Origin: Schmidtea polychroa | Lineage: Eukaryota | Assembly: GCA_044892525.1 (NCBI GenBank) | Contig: CM097887.1 | Span: 14,446,001 to 14,510,000, forward strand | Direction of reading: 5' to 3' | Length of the DNA stretch: 64,000 nt | Shown: one piece after another, positions 12,095 through 25,671 of the stretch | Layout of the letters: the number at the start of each line of letters is the position of its first letter | How positions within the stretch are numbered: the first letter of the stretch is position 1 | Position numbers and translations under genes: made by a program | Notes under the pieces: generated by a model | Told to the model about the DNA's origin: nothing | Seen by the model: the letters and a program-made list of their open reading frames with translations, nothing else | The model's database searches: none

Positions 12095-15000
12095 GGGGCC
12101 ATCCATATATTATGTACGCAAAAAAACCACGAATTTTGACACCCCCCTCCCCCTGTTGCATCTCGTACATTTTCACCTCCCCTAATGCGTACGTTGCTCG
12201 GCGGTCCCAACCCGTGTATTAAAATGCATTAAATATAAACATTTAAAACAATTTCTTTTTAATATAAAATGTATAATATACAGATAAACCAATTTAGTTG
12301 TTACTGTAATGGTTGTAGATGCGTCTTACGGATGTAATAATTATGTGAGTCAATTAAAAACTATAAAACCCGACTAATTACCAATCTAATCATAATTGTT
12401 CATAGAAGTGTATACACAAAGATATCCTATAACCTAAACTGAATATAATTTAATACAATGAATAACATAAACTAAAAATTGCGCATTGCAGTTTATTCCT
12501 TTAACCATCCTCCGTTTCTAATCCCGTTTGCAACCACTCGAATAAATTCTGAATGACTGGCATCGCGCTGTTCTGCATTTCACTGACAAATGGCATCAGA
12601 ACCACATCATCATTAGCTTCGATAACAGGTGGTGCAATGGTATGCACATCTTCATGAATGATTCTGTGTCGCTTTAAGCTGGCCTGTGATGCATGATATA
12701 TCCCGCATTCGGGACAAATTCTTTTTTCCTGCTCGGTTTTGGAAATTGATGGACAGTATGTGTCAAACGGAGAGTCTAGAGGCACCTTAGATGATACAAA
12801 TCCCACTCTTTGTGCGAGAGAACTATAATATGGCTTACTAAGTGCAGTTATCATACTTGCTTCTGGAACACACAACCCTTCGTTCGAATGCGCTAGTACC
12901 ACCGGCCCTGGAAGAAAACGCTGTGGGAAATAAGTTTTCCATGAACTACGCCATGGTTGACAACAGTCACGTTCGTCGCATCTGATAATTTGCATGAAGT
13001 ACTGGCTCTGTCTAACATGAAATGCTACCCACTTCGGACAAATTTCATCATGTATTGCGGCTATATCAATTGGAGATATATATTCAGCGGATACTTTATG
13101 ATTGTCAATCATTAACTCCGACCATATTTCTGCAAGAGTTGTTCCGGCCCTCTCAAAATTTTGCTTCTCTTTTTCGGTATCTACTGTTTTCCCGGAGGCA
13201 TCAAGATGTGAACCGAAGTGGTCGTGAGGCAGTACCAAGCCTGCTAGTTCACGGCTAAGTGGGGCCATACGTCTTTCCACTCTATTGTATGCTGAATAGT
13301 GAGGTGCATTGGTACCTATCAAGTATGCATCAAGGTTCCATGATTTAAACCGGGCTATGGCAACTTGAAGTGGTTTGGGGAAACGTGGATTTTCATCTGG
13401 TCCCCCATCGCAGGCAATGATAAATATTGGCTTGACTTGACCTTCAGATGTGCTCATGATCGGTTTGAAACTTTCAACTGTTCTAAGACGTTCCAGGTCA
13501 TGACCATGTGTAAACGCAGTACTGCTGTCATGTTTCATGGATCTTATGGCAATGTATGTGGGGCCTGAATATGCGACGGCATTCGTAAATTTACCGGGAT
13601 TGATAACACATGCGGCATATACCGACGGAATCAGTTTGTGACGAGCAGAAACAGCAAAGTCATGGTCCGGCAGTCTGACTTTGTATTCCGGGTGCATCAA
13701 TATCGGTGCTTGTTTCGTCGCTGCCGCTAAACCCAGAGGTATCTTTGCTTTGTCATCCATGCTTATAAAACAACATGCTCTTTCCCCAAACATCCCACAT
13801 ATTTCATCCAGGTAGGCCATGGATGCGAACACGAAGGCTGCATCTTGATGACGTTCATGGGCGCTGTTTTCGGCCCGGATCAGCTTAACGGGCACAGTCG
13901 TTATATGCCGTTTTCCTTCAAGTGACGACGATTTTCTAGGCAAGAGTCTGAGATACGTTGCTGATCGGGATATGTTGTATCCTTGTGTTGCTAGTGATTT
14001 TTGTAAATCATCCAAAGTTTTGCATGATCTCAATTCTTCAGAACGACGACGATCACTGGCTGCAGCCCCGATTGAGGCGATTCTGACTATTGCATCTAAT
14101 AGATCTGACTGATCTACTGCTATTGCTGATTTACCGACCTTATCGCGTATAAACTTGCGGAGCTTTTCCCCCAAATGTGGCATTTCGACTGCTATTTCCT
14201 GTATTGTGTTTTTGATTTCTCTGCGACGCTTGCGTTGGCGATCAGCTTCATCTTCCAATCTTTTCAGTTGTTGTTTTTTCTTTTTAATATCAAACTCAAC
14301 TGTATTCATTTTCAATTTCAAATCTTCAGTCATCAATCCGGCATCTCTTATTCTAATCAAAGCTAAAATTTGTGCATTAAGTTGTGAGATGTCTATAGTT
14401 AGGCTCTTTTGTTTAGGCGCTTCTGCTGCGTGCTTATTTTTTGCCACTGTCTCAACAGTACATATTTTAGTACGTTCGTCCGCAACAAAAGTCGATGCCT
14501 TGTCTGTTGATGGGGGTACAACTGTCTCCTCAACAATTGAAGTAGAGCCTTTTTCGACTTTTCTGCTAGAATCAGTAGATACTGGCGGTTTTTGGGTACT
14601 GGGACGAGCCCAAAATGCCATTGGGGTGCTCTTCTGTCGCAACGAATTTCTCAAGATGTCATTCATTACCGAATCATAATTTTTATCACCATTTTTAATC
14701 GCCCCCCACAAACGATTTGCTTCCTTCTGCTAGGATTTTTTCGTATTCTGAGGCATGGAATTCCACACGGCAGCATACAGTCGGTTGTATCGATCAGTGT
14801 TATCCATTGGGGGAAAACTAATTGAATATATTTAATATAATTTTACGGAGCAATTGGTTAGTTTTTAATAATACGTAAATGGCACATCAAGAACATATTG
14901 GTATTATTAAAAACTAAAACTATTAAATCAAAAAACATCTCAATCTTTTAAAATTAAATTTGTACCAATAGTAAATAAATTCGCATCAATGTTGAATAAA

Positions 15001-15328
15001 ATAGGAAATCACTAAATTTCAAATAATATTGCATTTATACAAGCCTTGCTCTCGACTATATTAAAATATTAAGACTGTAATATTGAGAATTCCATGCGTA
15101 GCAGTGACAGTATACATGTCGCCTAGGGTCATGTGATAATGCACAGCCCATGCGGTAACCTATTATATATAAAGGTTTCATATGGGAGTATTATAACAAA
15201 TCATTTTATTTTATTCCTTCGCATGCCTTTGTTGGAACACCCTCCTGCATACGCACCCGTACGCAAAACATTGTCTCGGAACACACACCCCCTCCCCCTC
15301 GGTGCGTACGTAATATATGGATGGCCCC
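12095..15328 (-). mobile_element. Zator-type DNA transposon
   Basis: 26-bp TIRs GGGGCCATCCATATATTAYGTACGCA (1 mismatch) at 12095-12120 and 15303-15328; 3-bp AAA on both flanks; encloses a DDE transposase. Superfamily assigned from recalled termini and motifs, not from a search. Confidence 0.75.
12501..14807 (-). pseudogene. Transposase (Zator/TP36-like) with one in-frame stop at codon 26
   Basis: ATG 14807 MDNTDRYNRLYAAVWNSMPQNTKKS*QKEANRLWGAIK is in frame with the 736-aa ORF; motifs MDDKAKIPLG, LPDHDF, CDGGPDENPR, YNRVERRM; C-terminal CPECG..LKRHRIIH C2H2 finger. Confidence 0.8.
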
Positions 15329-16530
15329 AAAAGAGAAAAGAACAAAAAATCCGACGAACAGTAATTGAAAGAAGAAATTTAGTAATTCAAAAATGTAAGA
15401 GTCGTACAAGAAAATTGATTGCCCCTGGGTTTTCTACCTTGTCGAGAGGAAAATTGACTGGAGAGAAAGGTGCAACTTTGTGATAATTGTGCTAGGTTAT
15501 ATGATCTGGTGAATAGATTTTTCTTAACACAGATTATATCTGACTGCAAAGATATATAAAAATATGTGCGTGTATATACTAAAAGATTTATTAATTATGC
15601 ACAAATGTATACAAAATTGATTAACCCAAAATTTGCCGCTGATACTATAAAGGAAAGATTATCGGTTAAACAAACCGTCCTCGGATATAAGAAACAAATG
15701 CTGGATCTAATTGCTCTCAACACTGTATTTGAAGTTAGGGACAAGATGGAGATATTACCCGAATTTTTCGCTATCGTCTAGATCAAGATTGATCTAGCGT
15801 TTCCTAATATTTTACACTCTTGATAATTTAAATCCAACGAGAAATTCAGGCAGAAATGCTACTTCTCGTAGTCGGGCTGTGCAATTTAAAATAAGAAATT
15901 CCAATAACCTTATGACTAAGAAATTCTTTTGGTTTTCTTTGGACGAAGCAGTACAAAAAATTGTTCTGAATTTACTAGTTTACTGATACTGTTTATATAC
16001 TCTTTTCTGTGACAACAGCTGTTTTGACTTTTCCACAATTCGTTTTAAATTTCTCCACCAATGTAATTACAAATTAACTACTTTACTCTCGTTGAATTGC
16101 TTATTTGTATAATCAATATTGATTTTCAGCTCTGAAAAATTGTCTTTCTCCCTATTTTTGAAAGTCATGACATATATTATTATTATTATTGTGATTATTA
16201 TTGTAAAACGTGCAGAACTAAAGCGGTCACAACGAGACTTATCGAATAGTCAAAACAGACATTTTATTGCAATGTTCGGAGTTTTGACAATAGTAGGTTT
16301 TGTGAATTCGAATACAAATATACCTCGAGTATTGTTTTTTTTAATTGTTTTTATAGAACACGTGGAGTCAAAAACACCGACTTTATTATTTATTTATTTG
16401 AAAACTCAACAGATATATGATGAAAATTATATATTTATATAATGAGGAAATTTTATTCCACAAAATACATATTACGTAATCTCTCATATATAAACGACAG
16501 AAAGCATTATCTTTGTCATTCCATTTCACA

Positions 16531-17789
16531 ATGAATAAAGACAAGAAGCCATCTTTGATTGAACTTGCAAGTTCATTTTATAAATCCAATAATGTTTTTT
16601 CTAAATCAACAATTTTCGATTTCGCCGAACGACTGAATAGCAGATATACGATATTTTTCCTATCAATTGCCATTGCAGTCGTCGCTCCAAATAATTATAT
16701 AGATTCAAGAATAACTTGTTTCCCAATAACAACGCCCAATCAAAAAGCCTCATTTTATGAACTCTTTGAAAGTTATTGTTATACAAATGGAACAATTGTT
16801 CTGCTACCGGAAGACAAAACTCCAACTACAAAAACTGAATGGGACCAAGTGAGTAATCAAAGGAAAATAAGTAAGTACGATTTAATAACTGTTTCATTGA
16901 ATTAATATATCATTTTCTAGACTATTATCAATGGTTTCCATTGATTTTACTTTTTCAACTCGCTCTATTCAAAATCCCCAGCAGAATTTGGAATTATTTT
17001 TCACTTATTCAATTAAACTGCAATATTGATAAATTGATTGAAAATTCTGAGAAAAATAAACAACAAATCGATCCATCTGATTATACAAAATCCATAAATG
17101 ATATTGCAATGGAAATTCATCAAACAATTCATGATTCCAAAAATCGATTCAGTAAGTCGACTTGGTTTTCTCGATGCAAAAAACGCGTTGCAAATATTTT
17201 TTCAATATCGAGTAGAAAATTATGTTTGCTTTACACATTTGTGAAAATCTTATTTACAGTCAACGTAATTGGACAACTATTTGCAATGACTATTTTCATG
17301 TTCAATTCAAATTTGTTTCCATCATTTCCATTTTTTAATCGACCTGGTGAAGTAGATTTGATCTTTCCAAGAAATGTCATGTGCCATTTACCAGATGTTA
17401 TTGGAAGTCGAGATACAAATAGTTATACAGGTCAATGTATTCTCCATTTGAATATGTTCAATCAATTTGTATATATTCTCATTCATTATTGGTTCATCAT
17501 TGTATCAATTATCCAATTATTATCAATTCCTTATTTTATTCAACAAACATTCACATTCAGATCACAATTCGATTTGATCAAACATTTGTTGAGAATATCG
17601 AAATCATACAACAAGGATGATAAAAAGATTGTTAAAGATTTTACCAGAGCTCATCTCGGTTGCGATGGATTATTTGTCATAAGGAAATTGAATGATAATG
17701 TTAATCATTGGATAACCAGTGATATTGTAACTGTTATGTTCAACAATTACAGAAATACCCTTGTTTCAGCAACTATTGAAAGTTCATAA
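16531..17789 (+). CDS. Innexin (gap-junction/hemichannel protein); exons 16531-16870 and 16921-17789
   Basis: A 50-nt GT-AG intron joins RKI-N-YYQWFP. Four hydrophobic segments and conserved extracellular Cys (RITC, ESYCY, FPRNVMC, GQCILHLNMFNQFVY.LIHYWF). Confidence 0.92.
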
Positions 17790-18337
17790 TAAAATATGGA
17801 GAGAAAATATCCCTTTACGCTTGCTTGTAAATTTATTCTGATGCAATCTATAAGCAACGAAATAATGATTATTCAGTCGAAGTAACTTAAAATGAGTTAG
17901 TTCAAATGTTGGCCATAACAGCGAGACATTTCAAATAAAATTCCTAAATGTACATGCAAAAATGAAATTATGGATAAATATTTTAAAATAAAATTTATTT
18001 ATCCACAATAATACATTGTTGTTGTTAATTAATGATTCATTTAAACACCACAGTATTTAATATTGATAATTGATAAAATGATTTAATTTATAATATTAAT
18101 TAATAAAATGATAATTTATATTTTAAAATGATAATTTATATTTTAAAATGATAATTTATAATAATAAAATTATAATCAGATTATAAAATTCAGTCTAGTG
18201 TTACTTATACCGATTATTTACGATATAATATAATAATTCAATTTAATATTTACTTAGTTTCATAAATGAAATATTGAATTTGTTTTAAATCTTTATTACG
18301 TTGGTAACACAGAAATATTTTCAAATAATTAATTTCA

Positions 18338-18980
18338 ATGGAGAAACCCATACACGGGTGGAGTATAACGAAGGATTATAAACCAAAGGTTCTTATAAAC
18401 AATTGGTTTGAAGAAAGATTAAATGTTTGCTTATCTTAGTAACATCAAATTTTTGTAAACGTAATAAATAGTATAGCAAAGACAATTTCAAACACAATAC
18501 TACTTATCGAACAAATTATTCAGCCACTTCGCTACCGTTTCCTGATGTGATAATGAGAAGGAAAAATTGGTTGCGAGGAGATGGAATCGGAACTCATTTT
18601 ATGTTGCGACATCACGGTCATGTATATGATGACAGCCTCATAACATTATATGATCAAGAAATCAATCATCGTGAGAGAAAGGGCCGAAATGTTTTACCGC
18701 CACTGAGAAAATGGGATAGTACGACAATTAGTTGGATACCAGAGAAATCCGATTTCCCTATATACGGTTATTATATATTTTATTCAAATATTTATTATCA
18801 GGATTGCCGTCAGGTGAGCCGACAAATTGGGGATTGTTCGATGAGAAAAAGCTTCGATGGAATAATCAAATGAAAGAAATGACAAAGCCGGATTTACTAA
18901 CAACTTACAATGATAGTTTCCACAAGCCTTCAATTGATTCGTATTCACGATTGAGATTTTCCAAGCCCTTGAAGGCGTAG
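18338..18980 (+). CDS. CFAP107: CFAP107/C1orf158-like ciliary microtubule protein (exons 18338-18424, 18472-18766, 18814-18980)
   Basis: GW.I.KDY.PKVLINNWFEER, LPPLRKW...WIPEKSDFP and PTNWGL match the recalled C1orf158 family pattern; two 47-nt GT-AG introns. Confidence 0.8.
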
Positions 18981-19275
18981 AGAATTATTATTCTGTTGTT
19001 TTAATTTTGACATTTTTATAATACATTTTCATCGTTTTTCATTTTAAGGATTTTTTTAAAAAATATTTCATAAATAAAAATTTCACATAATTATTAATCA
19101 ATAATTTCATCGAATTTGATAATTCTATTTTTGATTTCTTCGAGTGCTTTCAGGCCTTGTAATTTCAAATCTTTCACCGTTTCAATATTTTCAATGACAT
19201 TTTGAATTAAAATATAGTTTTAGATCATCTTCTGTCAGATTGTGTTCAGGAGCGATCGCCGGATGGGCCGATAGC

Positions 19276-20101
19276 CAGTGGCGTAGCTAGAAATTTTGGG
19301 CCCCTATGCAATGAGTCATAGATGGGCCCCCCTATACTGTATACACAAGTGAAATAGGTGCGGAGCACCATAGCGCCGCATGAAAAAAAATTTTTGGCCC
19401 CCTTTGGAAGCACAATTGAATTAGACCAGGGTTTCCCAAACTTTTCCTGCGACGGAACACTTCGTAACTCTCGAAATTTTGATGGAACACCTTGTTTATT
19501 TTGTACGGTATGAGACCAGTGGCGTAGGCCTACCCAAATATTTTTTTAAGGGGAAGGGGAGAGTGTTAATTGAAAGAAGGGCTTATAGTTACAGAGGAGT
19601 TTTGCGCCGCAGGCAAAACATTTGTTTGGGTCCTCTTTGGAAAGACGAATTAATTAAATAATTAGAGCTCAATATACAATATAACAGTATAAATCGTTAT
19701 AAAATGATAGTAATGTATCTGGGACAAATGTGTATAGTCGACTAGTGAAACAATTTTTTCGACCCCTATATGAGTGGGCGATTTACTTAGAATCTAAGTC
19801 TAAGATAACTAAAGTTGCTTGCTTATACAATATATTATTAGCGAGGGAGAGCAGAGGGGATTGCATAAATATGTAAAATGCAGGTAAATAATCTACTTAA
19901 TGCAATAAGTAAACAAAACAGTGGAGCTTTATTAAATAAACCACAAATCGATCATTTGGAGGTCCCTGTTGACTGGTGCCGACCGTGGCGTTGTTTGACA
20001 TTGTTTTCTGAAGAAAATTAAGGAAACTTGGAAAAGAGGCCCCTCTGTCTTGTGGGTTCCTATGCATTGCTTACTCTTGCTATATGGTAGCTACGCCACT
20101 G
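19276..20101. mobile_element. hAT-type non-autonomous element with nested MITE ends
   Basis: 12-bp TIR CAGTGGCGTAGC at both ends and a perfect 8-bp TSD CCGATAGC (19268-19275, 20102-20109). Internal CAGGGTTTCCCAAACT (about 19428) and CAGTGGCGTAGG (about 19517) are further hAT-like termini. Confidence 0.9.
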
Positions 20102-20399
20102 CCGATAGCGCTTTTTGGTCCAATGCGACAGCAGCTATTCATTACGTTTTTTCCCTCATTATCTACATTACAACAATTCAATCTATAATCTACATCCATA
20201 ATCTTAGCCAATAGAAGGTGATCATTATAGCCGAATGGTTCGGTTCGGCTATAGTGTGGCCTCTTTGGTTTCGCTACCCTTGATAGTGTGCGTGAGAAGT
20301 TGTATTATTGAAATAAGTTTAATAAAACATACTTTGGCCTTATTGATTATATTTACGGTTTAGACCTAAGACCTCTTTCAACCATGCCCATTTTCCCCG

Positions 20400-21110
20400 G
20401 TCAATTTTAATTGTCACATTTTATAAATTTGTAATTAATTTTTGCACTTGTTATTTTGGTGTTTTTATTGATTTTTATTATGCTTCCGTTTTATTTTGTG
20501 CCTTTATACATTAGCCCAATAACTTGTTTGTTGTCGATTTGGAGATCTCTGAGATTTATATTTCGGTTGTCTAGCATAAAATTTTTGTTCATTTCTTCCA
20601 TTCATTTGACGTTGCTTTGTCCGTTCTCTGTGGATTCCATGTTTGACCTTCATTTAACATTGCATCTTTTCCATAACTTTTCTGCACATGCTGAATGACA
20701 GCAATACTTGCATTTTCTATATCTTTTCATCGCATTTTATTTCATTGAATTTGATAATTCTATCTTTCATTTCTTCAAAGGTTTTCAGGTCTTGTAACTT
20801 CAAATTTTTCTTCATTTCAATATCTTCAATTAGATTTTGAATTAAAATTACTTTCAGATCATCTTCTGTCAGGTTGTGTTGAAGATTCGATTTTCTTCAA
20901 AAATTCCAAAATCGAATCATCTCCTCTTCGATGAGATAAAGCAACATTTTGATCACTTGCCAAATTTCATGTTTCTATAAAAGCTTTTTGAATTCTCGTT
21001 TTACAGTCTAATTCAGCATCTGTTTGGTCAAATTTCAAAGTTGCTTCTATTGATAAAATAAGTCTTGAAAATAGTCCTCTGTGATCTTCTGATGTATACA
21101 AGACAAATAA
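20400..21110 (-). mobile_element. Decayed gag-like retroelement relic, partly duplicated at 19110-19246
   Basis: Frameshifted helical segments (DSILEFLKKIE; HNLTEDDLKVILIQNLIEDIEMKKNLKLQDLKTFEEMKDRIIKF) and a degenerate CKYC. 20735-20880 is a diverged direct repeat of 19110-19246. Confidence 0.5.
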
Positions 21111-21569
21111 GCATTCAGAATAATTATTACATGTAGGCATTATAACCGCATTTCATTGTAATTAATTAGTTTGTATTCTTTTAATAACTTTATTAAGGGG
21201 CCCATATTGATTTCAAATTACTAAATTCGTGTTTCATCATCATTTGTCATCCGCTCATATTAATTTTTAACTGTTTTCGATTTTAATTCATTTTTTCACT
21301 TCAATTATTTTTTCTGAATTTTTTAATTAATTGTACTTTATACTATTTTCCACACAGATTTCTGTTGATTTAGAGTCTAAATTTTAGACTTTATTTTACA
21401 CTAGCTTATACAACCCCAACAATTAATATATTAAATTTGTAATAACAATATATTATTAATTATAATATACTATTTACAATAATAAGTAACAAATAAAGAT
21501 GTTTTGTATGAATATATAATCATGATTATTATAGAATTATTAATTATCTTTCAAATTTAATTATTTTAA

Positions 21570-22265
21570 ACCATTTCTCATCTAAAGGTTGATGAAATTA
21601 AATCTTGTCAGTCGGAATTTTTCCAAAATATTTTATGCAAGTGCGTAGCTAAATCGGTTCTTTTTGACATTTTTGGAGCTTGAACAAGGTTGGATCTTTC
21701 GTATCAAAAATCATATATTCGTATCATATATTTACATAGATCTATATATCAAATAGCCAATAATATATACTTGTCTTGATTTGACAAAATATAGTTGAAC
21801 TTCCAATGAACCTTGACTTATATCCAAGGGTGCCCCATTGCGTTGTATTTTCTGTAAGAAACACATCCTTTGTACAACACATTTCTTCTAAATCTATTAG
21901 TTTTATATTTAATATATTTTTATTAACTGTTATGTTTTCCAATTTTATGTCCAAATGGTACAGATTTTGTTTGCAAATTTGTGCAATATCACAATTATGT
22001 TTTTCACAATAATTTTAACTTTGCCTTCTGTTGAACGGTGCTTTTCACTGTCGAGTAAGTCTTCCCATTAAAATGACAGCACTTTTCATTTTTTAATGGA
22101 AATCTAGCAGTTTTGGACAAAGATTTGTGGTTGACATAAAAATAATGAACTTCTTTAGGTTCTCCAGGCTTCTTAATCTTACTTTCAATATCTTTAACAA
22201 ATGTTTTTAAAATTACAAACTGTTAAGATTTATCTTCTGCCCTTTTTGTAGAACCTTTTGGTGAG
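21570..22265 (-). pseudogene. Protein kinase pseudogene
   Basis: LYHLDIKLENITVN (catalytic loop), IKLIDL (DFG position altered) and WGTLGY (activation segment) are present; stops and frameshifts up- and downstream. Confidence 0.7.
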
Positions 22266-24472
22266 CATTGAAAAATTTAAAAATTTTTAATTTAATGAGA
22301 AAAATATATTTAAAAAATATTTTAACAATAAATTTATGTCTATTACATTCTCTATAAATATTGAAAAAAAGAAAGTAAAAGCTAGTAAATGAAAAGCGAA
22401 AATTAGAGAATAGACATTCAGAGATGTATTTTTAGAGGTTAAATCAGATTCGTTCAGTTTGAGGTGTGATGAATGAAAAAATTTAAAAAAATTTATTTTT
22501 TTATAAAATTATTTTTATGCTTCTTTTAATAAGTTTATTTAAACATTTCTAAGTGATTTGCTTGTTAGTAAAAATTAGACCAGTTGTGATTTTGAAGTAA
22601 AAATAAAGTTTATGTTTTTGAGTTTCTTGTTCTGATCGAGAGCACTTGTAGTTCAATTATAAGCTTCGTCTACCAAATAGCAATTGAAAGATAACTTTAA
22701 ATAATGCCTATTTGAAATAATATTTATGCGTGTTGAATTTGTATGACTGAATATTGTTGGGCTAAGAAGTAAGATAAAAATAAAACATGAAAATGTGTAT
22801 AAGTAAAAATTGAAAACAATAGGAAACGACAAAAATATACCTCAAAAATCAAATTAAAATAAATATAAAATAAGTATAGTAATTAAAATGAAATCTAGGA
22901 AAAATAAAACATAGGATTAAAACAAGAAATTAAAAGAATTAAAAAATACAAAATATCGATAAAAGAAGCAAAATAACATACAGTTAATAGAAAGAATTTT
23001 GAAAATTAATATAAGTACAAGAAAAAATAAAGAAAACTTAATAAAAGTAATAAATTATATAAATTCTAATTAAATTAATTAATTTTGCGGTACCTCGATT
23101 TTGATTGGTCCGCAAAGTTCTATATAAGCAGGTTACACAAATCAAAAATTTAATGTTCAACTTATAAGTTTTTAGGTAAGGTACAATAAAAATGGAATGT
23201 TCAACTTATAAGTTATTAGGTAAGCTATAGGACAATCCACATTCAGTAACCGTTCTATCAACACTACAATAGAGACTACAGCTCACAATCAGCCAGCCAA
23301 CAAATCCACTCGCTATTTAATTAACTCATCAAGCTATTTTTGGGATTAAATCATATTGCTTTCTGAAATTCAGATTTGTGAATTGGTAAATTTTATTTTG
23401 TTGATAATCATGATTTTGTAAACTTTGTAGTACGAATTAAAATTTAATTGACAAACCAAATTTTACTTTTTCCCTTTTCACGTAATGAATTTAATAATTA
23501 TTTTTATCATAATGTTTTGGAAAATATGCATTCGAATAGTTGATTTTGATAGAGTTTTAATTTTATATGTTATTATTGATGTTGTTGAGTAACGTGGAGC
23601 TGAAATGCCACACACCATGGTGCGATGGGCCTTCGGGTGCTCAGCCGGTGAGTATGAGGTCATCTTCAGTCACACAGTTGATTTCGGGCCGGAATGTGGG
23701 GGCTTCACCACGGGTCTGTCACTGAAGATTTTAGTAAAGTTTTGGCGAATTTTTTTCGAAAATAAAGATTAAAATGATCATAGGAGATATTTGGAAGCGA
23801 AATTTTTATCGCGATGAGATGGGTATGAGGTGCCACTGGTATGTCTGCACAGTGATTGAGGTCTCTACGTACTATCTTGGTTAAAAGTTCCCTAACGGAT
23901 TATGACCAGTTTTTAACACGGAGGGTTTACTTGATTTCGTCGATTTACACTATTTCTCTTACAATACGTTTTTGGAAACAAAATTCAATCATGAGTAGTT
24001 ACGCCAAGAACCACATCTTAATTCGAAACTTGGATTTCTGCCAGCGGGGCAATCGATCCGAAAATATCTTCATGAATTATAGGGATATTTCGAAACACAA
24101 CTTTATTTAACCATTAAACAAATGCAAAACATGCCAAGTTGGATCCACGTCAATATTCTAAAATTACTAAATATCTGTATTTCTATTTTATCATTTGGAT
24201 TTCCACCTTATTACTTAAATTAAATTAACACGATTTTATTTCTAATTATTATATCATGAAAATTAGTGAAAAAACAAGAAAATTGATTAAAGACACTTTA
24301 TGATAAAAATTTATTAATTAGGATAAGATGTTATTCAAATTTACCGTCTGGGACGATTGTTTCTCTTCAAATTTTCATGATACTTAGTGCGCCCATAAGA
24401 TAGCAAGATCAACATAGATTCTAAGCAAGTTCTGTGAATTTAGGGACATCATCCGATAACATTTCCATTCAG

Positions 24473-24993
24473 ATGCGATACCCCCATGAGAGACGGCGTC
24501 GATAACTCAGAAAATCGTGAACATTCCAATAGCTGAGGAAGATAATGTGTTTCCTACCCATCATGATCAGCCCCCGAATAAACCTCGAACCTCGGAGAAA
24601 TCTTGTCAAGGGTATGTAGAGGCAGAACTCTCGCCTAATTCCAATGAAGTCGTTTTCACGGGCACCAGCAGAGTGAAGCCCAAAGCTGTGAAAACACCTG
24701 GTGTACCCTGTACTACAAATCCATCATCGAAGCCCAAGTGTCGACAGCTGTCTCGAGCAGAGCGCAAGAAAAAACAGAAGGAACGAGCTATCGAAAAGGA
24801 ACCAAAGCGCGCCGCATCCATTAGGCAGGCGAATATTAGCTCTGCTCCCGCGTCAACTTCGAGTACCGGTGTGCAGTGTCGAGTCATCTCAGCTGCTGGC
24901 ACAACTTGGGAAGAGAACGCTTGTGAAATTTTTGATTTAGAAGCTTTGTTCGAGGAAGCCGACAAGGAAAAACAAAATGCTACCCTTGAGTAG
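24473..24993 (+). pseudogene. Divergent orphan ORF F2 (Pro/Ser-rich plus basic RAERKKKQK), upstream of RNA motif R2
   Basis: TTTCCATTCAG|ATG at 24473 is out of frame with the 158-aa ORF. QLSRAERKKKQKE resembles PTRAEKNQKRR of F3; acidic tail IFDLEALF resembles VDIDEML. No EGTW segment. Confidence 0.45.
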
Positions 24994-25223
24994 AACAACC
25001 ACTGAATAGGCATTTGATCAACATTGTATAGTCTGATTTGTTTTCTTTTCTGTGTCGTTGTTTAAATATGTAGTATCTGAACAATAAATAATTTTTGTTT
25101 TTTCTTCTGTTATCGTGAAGAATTTGTCTTGGTTACAATAATTTCTGAATTTGATATTTTCGGACAACGAACTGCAGTTAGTTCAGAGAGTGATGATGGG
25201 TTGAGATAATATGTGGAGTAGTG

Positions 25224-25395
25224 GAGACGTAAGACCTTCTATCGGCCGTCAGAGAAGAAGAAGTCGAGTCTTCGGGAAAGAGTAGTCCTAAAGCAGGGCT
25301 CACCTGTTTTCTGACGTCTCGCCGACATAATACAGTAGCAACATGGAGCAATCCATAGGTATTATGTCATGAGAGCAATCATTTGGAGTACTGCT
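25224..25395 (+). ncRNA. Conserved structured RNA motif, copy R2
   Basis: GAC-GUAAG-ACC UUCUAUC GGC-CGUC; AGUAGUCCUAAAGCAGGGCUCACCUG; perfect 10-bp stem GACAUAAUAC/GUAUUAUGUC enclosing AGUAGCAA and a GCAA-capped hairpin. CAATCATTTGGAGTA is shared with R3. Confidence 0.75.
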
Positions 25396-25671
25396 TGAGG
25401 TTGGCCGAAATGCGAAAGATGTTAGTGAAAGAGACCACCATCCTCTAGACATGGATCGAAAAGTTTTATCGAAGTCAACCAAGCAGCGCTCCAACAATAT
25501 TATGAATACAATATATGTGATATTGAATTATATATGCATGGGTGAATCACTTTCAAGATACTTACAATATAATTTTTTTATCCGAATGGATAATCAGCTT
25601 TTATCAATAATAAATATTATGTTTCCAAATTCTTTTAACATATCACACACCCCAGGACCATTGACAATTAA

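Noticed and set aside
24606-25013. 135-aa minus-strand ORF
   Set aside because: Antisense shadow of F2; the RNA motif orientation supports the plus strand.
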